Source of the DNA: Candidatus Latescibacterota bacterium
Lineage (GTDB): Bacteria > Latescibacterota > UBA2968 > GCA-2709665
Direction: 5' to 3'
Length of the DNA: 64,000 nucleotides
Assembly (NCBI GenBank): GCA_965116875.1
Contig: OZ220733.1
Location: 768,001-832,000 of the forward strand
Shown here: in pieces, positions 30,369-38,500 of the stretch
Position numbering within the stretch: position 1 is the stretch's first letter
How the letters are laid out: every line of letters begins with the position of its first letter
Made by a program: the position numbers and the translations under genes
The notes under the pieces: model-generated
Database searches by the model: none
Seen by the model: only the letters and a program-made list of their open reading frames with translations
Told to the model about the DNA's origin: nothing

Positions 30369-32273
30369 TCAATCACCAATGATGCCGCCGGCTTCCGGCC
30401 ACCGTCCCCCGTACTTCTCCCCCACAGCGTGGTGTAGCCCCGGTTTCTTCTTGCTCACCGCTGGCTTCGACGCACCAAATGACACATCGACGCCTCTGCG
30501 CCGGAGATCCGGAATGTGCACGTTGATCGAGGTCGCATTCAGTGGGTTATTCCTCACATCCAGGAGATCACCGCTGCCCATTCCGGTATTTGCAACGAGT
30601 GGCGCGAGATCCGAAACCTGGTTGCTTTCGAGATCCAGCCACTCCAGACGAGTCAGACCCGACAACGCAGACACATTTGATATGCTGTTGCCGGCAAGCC
30701 ACAACCACTCGATGTTTCGCAAAGTCGATAGTGCAGACACATTCGATATACTGTTGTCGTCAAGATCCAGAAACTCCAGACGGGTCAGACCCGACAGGGC
30801 CGATACGTTCGATATGCTGTTGCCGGCAAGCCACAATATACTCAGTTTGGTCAATTTAGATAGTAAAGACACATCCGAGATGCTATTGTTATCAAGATCC
30901 AACACTTCCAGACGAATCAGGCCCGATAGAGCCGATACATTCGAGATGCTGTTGTCCGAAAGACCCAGTCCTGTCAGGTTGATCAGATACGAAAGCGCAG
31001 ATACACTGGAGATGCCGTTGTCGGAGAGATCCAGGATTTCCAGACGGGTCAAGTCCGACAGCGCCGAAACATCGGATATCCTATTGCCCGCAATTCCCAA
31101 CACGCTCAGGTTGGTTAAGTTTAATAAGACAGACACAAGCGCAGACGTACTGGGAAAGCTGTTGTAGCCAAGGCCCAGGGTATCCAGACGGGTCAGACCC
31201 GAGAGGGGCATGACGTTCGAAATGCTGTTTTCGGAGAGATCCAGGAATTCCAGGCGGGTCAAACCCGACAAGGGCACAACGTTCGAAATGCGGTTGTCTG
31301 AAAGATCCAGCCGCTTCAGGTTCACAGCAGCTTCCAGCCCGGTCAGATCGCCGATCGACTTCGAGTATGCCTCAAGGCGAGTCAGGGTAGCCATCTCCGC
31401 CGGAGTGACCGGCGCACCCCGTGGCTTCCCTAGACTGTCGGTAATAATGGTACGCAGGGTTACGTCCGGAACGGAAACTTCATTTGGGCCATCACCGCCC
31501 GGCGTTCCATTGACCGAAAGGGTATTCTCACTGACGTACTTGCCCCTTACTCCGTTGATCGTGATTTCCGCTGCCAATCTGTATTCACCCGGGCTGGAGG
31601 GTGAATAGGAACACAGACCGGCGCGCTCCGTACCCGAAACGTCGACCCATGTCTGTCCATCCTTGCGCTGCCACTTGGACGTATGAGTCGTGTAAACGAC
31701 ACCGTTGACATTAGCGTTGTTCCAATGGATACATCTTCCAACCGATATGAAGCCAAACTGGACCCGACCGTCGGATACTCGAAGACCTGCCAGAGGCTTA
31801 TAATCCGCGGCGGGCGTCGTTGGACCACCCTCACCAGAGGTCGGAACCTGACTGCCGAATGCGCCCGCAAAGATCAGAAAATCCGAGAAGGCAACGGACC
31901 CATCGCCGTCCAGATCGAACCGCGGATCATACCGCGCATCGCCCCGGCTGGACCCGAAACTGCCCGCGAATGCAAGGAAGTCGGGAAACCCTACCGTCCC
32001 GTCGCCGTCGAAGTCTGGCGACGGTGCGGTGTTATGCGAAATCTGTCCTTCCAACAAAAGCTTCGACGCGACACTGGTTGTGTCCTTCGGAGGAACCACG
32101 ATCGTCGAGGCTTCGCCACTGGTCACGCTACCCCATGCGTCGCCGGCATCGAGCCCTAGAATCCTCTCGGCGTTAGCAATGGGGCCGGCGAAACCAGGAG
32201 CTGCAACAGCATATACCGCTGTGGCAGCTATCATCAAGGGCATTATAAGAGTCATTGGCGACTCACTCCGCAT
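30369..32273 (-). CDS. Secreted protein: N-proximal dockerin-like domain + unnamed Ig-like domain + internalin-like 22-aa LRRs
   Basis: PDFDGDGTVGFPDFLAF...FDLDGDGSVAFSDFLIF; internalin-like cap VPDVTLR..I...LGK; repeated L.L..NSISNVSALSGLTRLE. Confidence 0.85.
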   Translation of the reverse strand: MRSESPMTLIMPLMIAATAVYAVAAPGFAGPIANAERILGLDAGDAWGSVTSGEASTIVVPPKDTTSVASKLLLEGQISHNTAPSPDFDGDGTVGFPDFLAFAGSFGSSRGDARYDPRFDLDGDGSVAFSDFLIFAGAFGSQVPTSGEGGPTTPAADYKPLAGLRVSDGRVQFGFISVGRCIHWNNANVNGVVYTTHTSKWQRKDGQTWVDVSGTERAGLCSYSPSSPGEYRLAAEITINGVRGKYVSENTLSVNGTPGGDGPNEVSVPDVTLRTIITDSLGKPRGAPVTPAEMATLTRLEAYSKSIGDLTGLEAAVNLKRLDLSDNRISNVVPLSGLTRLEFLDLSENSISNVMPLSGLTRLDTLGLGYNSFPSTSALVSVLLNLTNLSVLGIAGNRISDVSALSDLTRLEILDLSDNGISSVSALSYLINLTGLGLSDNSISNVSALSGLIRLEVLDLDNNSISDVSLLSKLTKLSILWLAGNSISNVSALSGLTRLEFLDLDDNSISNVSALSTLRNIEWLWLAGNSISNVSALSGLTRLEWLDLESNQVSDLAPLVANTGMGSGDLLDVRNNPLNATSINVHIPDLRRRGVDVSFGASKPAVSKKKPGLHHAVGEKYGGRWPEAGGIIGD

Positions 32274-33210
32274 CAATGGCCAATCCGTTTAAAGACACTG
32301 GGAGCATAGGCACGCGGGCGAATGAGGCGCTCGGATCGCGGTCGGTACCTGACCGCAGCCAGCAGCGGTGAAATGACGCCTGGCAGCCTTGAGAGAAAGA
32401 CAGCAGTGCCCCTCTCGAATACGTTCAACTGCACACAAATCCGCAGCAGGAGGAATGTCGCCGATATGAGAAGGAAGGGACGACCTGGAGCTGCCTAAAG
32501 GCTGGCCGGGCAATTCGGTCGCACCGGCGCTTCGACAAGGGAAGGAAAGCGGGAGGGGAAGATCTGTTTTGAGACGCTCTGCGCGATTCTCGTGGGCAGC
32601 GTGTCGCGATCGCCGAAACCATACGGGCTCCGGGACAATGGCCGTTTCGACCGGCCACACACCCAGTTGTTCGAGTACCATGTCCATTCCCTCCCTTTCA
32701 CCTACGACAGCTCGATCCAGAACCCAGGACTTTGCGTCAGTCACGGTTACTGCCTGCCCAGGTGTGCCCGGACTGAGAGCAAGTTGGAAAGGAAATGCCG
32801 AATCCATCTGCCGACTACGGTTTCGGCCACGTTTCGAGATGAAGTTATCGCGGCAAATGCCGCGCGAGACCATTCAGTCAAGAAACAAAGTGTTATCGAC
32901 CTGGTACCCTGGCTCCTTTCTATAGAGATCCTTCAGGGGAATCGTACCATAGTGGACCTGAAACTGCCCCGCGCGAACGCCAATGCGCCATTGGATCTGA
33001 AAATTCGCATTTTGGCTTGTTGCCGAACCTTCAGGTTGGTCACGTAGCGAATTCGGAGAAAGTGACCGCCGCAAGAGGACTTACCCGATCAATTGTGTGA
33101 AACAGCCGTGAGGTCGAGGCCGGGCTAAATCCTGACTCATACGTATACACGTTGCAGATCTTCTGAAAATAACTTTTGAATCTGAACTGAAGTCAAGATC
33201 TAGGGTTTGT

Positions 33211-33918
33211 TCAAACGTCCCGGACTTGTCGCAGTTTCCAATTTCTGCGGTATTTGGTCGGGCTGTCGCCGTATTTCTCTTTAAACACCTTGCTGAACGT
33301 CGACAGAGATCCGAAGCCGCAGAGATAGGCGATTTCCGAAATGGAAGCCGTGGTTTTCTTGAGTGCTTCTTCGGCCTTGGCCAAACGGACATTCCTCAGA
33401 CTCTTGCTGAACGATTCTCCGAGATGCAACCTGAATAGGGCGTATCCGTAGGACTTGGAGAACCTGAAATAACGGACGACGTCTTCGAATTTCAGGTTGG
33501 GATTGCTGTGGTTGTCTTCGAGAAACGACTCCAGCCGGCTCTTCCACAGATCCTGCAAGGGCATATATTTCCTGATGTTCGCCAGGAATGCATCTTTATC
33601 GATCGGCTTGTCAAATACGCTCATTGTGAACGGCTTGTGCACTTCCTTGTCTGGCTCAAGGGTTCCCAGGCTTGTCACGAGCAGCACCGACGTCTGGGTC
33701 TCCTCGGCCTTCACGCCCTCCAGAAACGTAATCCCGTCCTGGTCCTCCACGCATACTTCGACCACGGCTAGGTCGATCTTTTCTCTCCTCAGTAATTCAA
33801 GGCCCTTCGGTCCGTTTTCCGCGGTGACGATTTCATAGGGTTCTTCTTTCAGGTATCCTGCAAGCTCCGACGTTACGTCCGGGTCTCGGTCCACGATCAA
33901 GATTTTCCGCTTTTCCAT
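33211..33918 (-). CDS. AraC-family regulator with atypical (Asp-to-Glu) receiver domain
   Basis: Receiver-like KILIVDRD...IDLAVVEVCVEDQDG. AraC HTH SISEIAYLCGFGSLSTFSKVFKEKYG.SP..YR. Confidence 0.9.
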   Translation of the reverse strand: MEKRKILIVDRDPDVTSELAGYLKEEPYEIVTAENGPKGLELLRREKIDLAVVEVCVEDQDGITFLEGVKAEETQTSVLLVTSLGTLEPDKEVHKPFTMSVFDKPIDKDAFLANIRKYMPLQDLWKSRLESFLEDNHSNPNLKFEDVVRYFRFSKSYGYALFRLHLGESFSKSLRNVRLAKAEEALKKTTASISEIAYLCGFGSLSTFSKVFKEKYGDSPTKYRRNWKLRQVRDV

Positions 33919-34041
33919 TGCGTTGGATCCCCCTCCACAATCAGAGTTGCCAGACTTCAGGCCATTCGAATCACCCGCGCAATGGCCCTGGGGAATCTCC
34001 GGATTATGGCGCTCCGGAGCGGTCCAATGCGGCGCACACTA

Positions 34042-34071
34042 AGAATATCAGCGTCGGAAATACGTTGTCAA
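34042..34071 (-). promoter_or_regulatory. Putative sigma70 promoter for the downstream araC
   Basis: TTGACA (34071-34066), 18 nt, TATTCT (34047-34042), with an extended -10 TGn. Confidence 0.55.
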
Positions 34072-34094
34072 GAACGCAAGTTTGTTCTGGAGTA

Positions 34095-34793
34095 CTAAAT
34101 TTGTCCCAGTTTCCAATTTCTGCGATACGTGGTTGGATTCAGGCCGATTTTTGCCTTGAAGACCTTGCTGAACGTGGAGAGTGAAGCAAAGCCGCACTGG
34201 TATGCGATCTCCGAAATGGAAGCTGTGGAATTCTTCAGCGCCTGCTCTGATTTCGCCAGACGGATTCGCCGGAGCCGGACGCTGAACGATTCTCCCAGAT
34301 GCTGCCTGAACATCCGATAACCGTAGCTCCGGGAGAACCTGAAATGACGCTCCACGTCCTCGAATTTCAACTCCGGATTGCTGTAATTGCGTTCCAGAAA
34401 CGAATCCACGCGGTGCTCCCACGTATCCTGCGTGGGCAGACAATTGCTTATACTGGCCAGGAACGAATCCTTCTCCATTGGCCTATCCAATAGACTCACG
34501 GCGTAGGCCCCGTTCGATTGCCTCGATGACTCCAACTTTCCAAACCTCGTCACGAGCAACATTACCGTACCGATTTCCTCGGCCCGCACCCCGTTCAAGA
34601 GTGTCGTGCCCGCCAGGTCCGGCACACACGCCTCGACGACGGCAAGGTCGATCTTCTGGTTTCTGACGATTTCAAGGCCTTCCTGTCCGTTTTCGGCGGT
34701 CACGATCTCATAGGGTTCTTCCTTGAGGAAACCCGCGAGTGTCGAGGTTTTCACCGACTCACGACCGACGATCAATATGCTCCGCTTTTTCAT
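34095..34793 (-). CDS. AraC-family regulator with atypical receiver domain (tandem paralog)
   Basis: MKKRSILIVGRE...LKEEPYEIVTAENG...IDLAVVEACVPDLAG; SISEIAYQCGFASLSTFSKVFK. Confidence 0.9.
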   Translation of the reverse strand: MKKRSILIVGRESVKTSTLAGFLKEEPYEIVTAENGQEGLEIVRNQKIDLAVVEACVPDLAGTTLLNGVRAEEIGTVMLLVTRFGKLESSRQSNGAYAVSLLDRPMEKDSFLASISNCLPTQDTWEHRVDSFLERNYSNPELKFEDVERHFRFSRSYGYRMFRQHLGESFSVRLRRIRLAKSEQALKNSTASISEIAYQCGFASLSTFSKVFKAKIGLNPTTYRRNWKLGQI

Positions 34794-35519
34794 GTGTTCA
34801 CTCCCTGGTAGAAATACGGGTTGCCTGTATCCACGGCGCACAGACGCGCCGGGCACGCACAGTTCGACGTCTCCGGAATACGGCGGTCTACAGCCGGCCG
34901 TTACATCGCACGTTCAGATCGCGCGCGCCGAAAACGGGAATGAATACAGGTATGGAGGAAGTTGAATCGGGAGAGGATGGAGCCTGATCGCCTGCGGAAC
35001 TACCGGGAGAGGGTGCGAACCGGCTGATCTGCGAGTGAAGCGACCGCGAGGAAATGGAAAATACCGGGCCCGGCACACTGGCGGTGCTGAGCGTGAAGGC
35101 GGGAAATCTGGGAGAAAATGCCATAGTCAATTTCGCGAACGGTTCAGTAAATTGGTGTAATTGCTGGTGTCGTGCCGTTTGCGAGGATTCATCTCGAAAA
35201 CCCGTCGACTCAGCATCCAATTTACACAATTATATGTTTTTACAACACTTAAAAACAGTTCGCGCTATTGATCCCGGCGATCTCCTCACGATTGATTACA
35301 AAATGCGTTGGTCTGAATAACGGGCTGAAGGAATCCGGGACGAGCTACGCCACTCAACCCCGGACAACCGTGATTTCCGTCAACTGTAGGGCTTCACACG
35401 CCCTTGTCCCGCATGAAGTTCCAAAAAAAAATGCATCGGATGATAAGTATATAAATAACCGAAACTTATAATTTCATATCTTTTTCGCAACGATCATAAA
35501 CCCTTCCTTGCGATCCGAT

Positions 35520-38500
35520 TCATCGGTATACGATCAACCGCTCTTTCTCGCGCACCCGTTTCCGGCCGTCGTCTGCGGTTACCGTGTAGAGGTATACGCC
35601 GTTGGCCAGCAGGTGACCGTCCGCGTCCCGCCCGTCCCATCGAACCTGATTATACCCCGCCCGCCCCGGAGCGCCATCCAGAATTCGGATCAGTCTTCCG
35701 GAAACGGTAAAAATGCGGATCACCACCTCCGCCGGCCGGGACAGAATGTACGTGAATTCCGTCGCCTCGGCGGTCGGGTTCGGGACGTTCAGCACCCTCT
35801 CGATGGCCAGGTCCGACGATACCTGAAATGCAATGGACTTCTCCGCGGGGCCGTTCCCCAGCCGGTCTGTCCCGGAAACCGAAAGCGTGTAGCGGCCGTC
35901 ATCCAACCGCGGTGACCAGGTGAATTCCAGAGACGTCCCGTCTTCTTTCCGATCCGACACCCGGTCCGACCTGAGCACATCCGAGATTTCATCCTCGGGT
36001 CCCACAAGCACAATCCGCACCGATCCGGCGTCTATGCCGCTCGAGTCCCGGAACACGGCGGAGAACTTCGGCGTCGACGGGAGAAAGTCATCCGGCCTGA
36101 CCTCCCCCGCGGCATCCAGCGCGACCAGGACCAGTGCGGGCCCCGTCCGATCGTCGCTGGGACGGACCTCGACGGTTTCGTCCGCCGTGGTCTCTCTTAC
36201 GTAATGGCTGCGGCGACCCGAGAGGTCCTCGAGCCGGGCCGTTACGACGTTCGTACCTGCAAATCTCGCGGTATTCCAGACGAGGGATACGGACGTTGTT
36301 TCACCTGCGGGCGTTTCTTCGGGAACCGACGCGCGTCCGATCAGCCGTCCGGTTTCGGACGCACCGCTGTAAAAGGCGACAACCGCGCCCGGAACCCGAT
36401 CCAGGGGACCCATGTTCCGGGCCTGGACCGTCAACCGCACGGGATCCAGTTCATCAACTTCGAGGGGCGCAGCGTTCAGCCCGGACAGCGCGAGATCGGA
36501 CTGCGGCCGGTAACGGACCTGCCATCCCGTCAATCCGGCGGACGGTCCCAGTTCCTCTCCGAACAACCGGACACGAACCAGGATTCGGTCTTCCTTCAGG
36601 TCGCCAAGGTGAATCTCTTCGCCTGCGTCCAGGCCCGCCCAGTCGGCCAGCGGCGCGAATCCGCCCGACGGAGACGCGCCGAGCAGTTCCACTTCCGCCC
36701 GCCCGCCCGGGGCATCCCGGACGTCGAGCGTCAGTGCGTGCCATGCCCCGGCCGGACCGATCGGCTCCGACGTCAGCGTCCCGTACGGGGGCAGCGTCTT
36801 CCCCGCGTACCGGTAGATCATCGGACCATTGAGCTGGCCCATCCACACCTTGTTGTTGATCCAGTCGTACTGCCCGGTCAGAATATCGGTCTCGGCCTGA
36901 TCGCTTTCATATTCCTCGATGAATTCCCCGTTCCGGGCGTCAACCACCCGCACCCGATGGGTCAGCCCGGTACCGAATTCTATCAGATACAAATACCTAC
37001 CGTCCGCAATCACGCCGTCTGTCACCAGGTACGCAAACCCGGTCTCTGTCGGCCCCACGGTGAATTCCCGTTCCAGCCGCCAGCCATTCGACGGATCGAA
37101 CACACGCACCGACCAGCCCGCGCGCTGGACACCGTCCACGGCCGCCGCGAGATTGTAGATATATGCGCCGTCCGACGTGATCAGCGAGTGCCCGTCAAAC
37201 ACCAGCCCGGTCCGGAACTCCATCAGCCCCTCCGGCACCTGCACGCGGTCCACAACCCCCGTTGACGGCGCAATACGCGCCAGTTCGCGATCCCGCCTGT
37301 TGTCGGCATAGATAAATCCGTCGCTATGATAGGATGCGGAAACCCCGAGAACGGGCTTCTCCGCAAGGACGCCGTGATTCTGTCCGGCCCGCGTGCCCCG
37401 AAATCCGGTACCAATCCGCTCGAATATATCCGTCCCCGGATAGACTGCCGTAGGTGAATAGAACCGGTTCACGTAAAGGTAAGCGCCGTCGGTACACAAC
37501 ACGCCCGTGCCGCGGACGCCCTCCGCGGCGAACGCCTCTTCCCTCGTGTCCGCGTTCAATCTCAGGGGCGGCGGATCGACCACCCGGGAAACCGCGCCCT
37601 CAGCCAGCCGAACGTCTCTTCCGTCTGCCCACCGGAAAGCGCCGGAGGCGTCCTGTTGCCACAGGACCTCGCGCGCGGGCGCGGCGGACTGCACGGTGAA
37701 CTCCATGATGGCGGACCATGCGCCGAATTCGTCACCCTCTCTCACCCGGGCCCGCCAGTAGTAGGTTCCGGGAGCGGGCTCCGGCATTTTCCACAACACG
37801 AACCCCTCTCGGCCCCCGACGTTTCCGGAACGAATCACGCCCGGCCCGTCGAACGCAGGCAGGCCACTCACCTCGAACTCTCCGTAAACCTCCCCGGCGG
37901 CGGTACCGGCGCGGACGGCCAAACGCACCGCGGAAGCGGGTACGACCTGGCTCTGCCCTGGCATCGTGGGCACGGCAGACAGCGTCCCGGATACCTCCAG
38001 CTCAACCTCCGCCTGGTTGTTGGCTTCATCCAACTCCGGAATCTCATCGTCAGGATCCACCGTAAGCGTTAGCAGATGCCTCCCCGCGCGGCCGGCCAAC
38101 GGCCACAGCACCGCTGTACTGTCCCGGTGGCCGAAGGCGGGGAAAACGCCCGAAAACAGCGTATCCGCCACTCCCCGGTCCAGATTGCGGTCCACCAGAA
38201 CAGCAGCGGGACCCTTGCGAGGGGTGATCCCGGCGTTTTCTATCCGGAACGCGATCCGGACCGAGTCTTCCACGGTCAACCGGGTCGTCCGCTCGACCCG
38301 CAGGCTCCCGGAATCCAGTGCGAAGTCGGGATTCGGCAATATGGCAAGCTCCTGTGCCGGGTCTCCAATCAACTGCATGCCAAGGGTAAGCGTTTTCAGC
38401 TCAGGGAAACGCGTGTCCAGCGCAGCCTTCGCAATTCCCAGACCGGCGCCGAATTCGCGGACGCCGTCTCTGAAGAACGCGCCAAACAGACGGTCGTTCA

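Noticed and set aside
6085-32273. Classical cellulosome
   Set aside because: No glycoside hydrolase, CBM3 or SLH motifs are recognisable among the dockerin-bearing proteins.
6085-32273. Diversity-generating retroelement acting on the repeated 3' ends
   Set aside because: No reverse transcriptase is present. Differences between copies look mostly synonymous and not adenine-specific, and every copy lies in a coding gene.
32289-33074. Two in-frame minus-strand ORFs separated by a TGA (possible pseudogene or readthrough)
   Set aside because: No recognisable domain, RBS or SECIS-like evidence. The region is treated as a non-coding leader, though this is unresolved without a homology search.
35443-35469. 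ATAAGT-N15-ACTTAT inverted repeat in an AT-rich gap (possible recombinase or operator site)
   Set aside because: The arms are only 6 bp, there is a single copy and no recombinase is nearby, so it is not distinguishable from chance.
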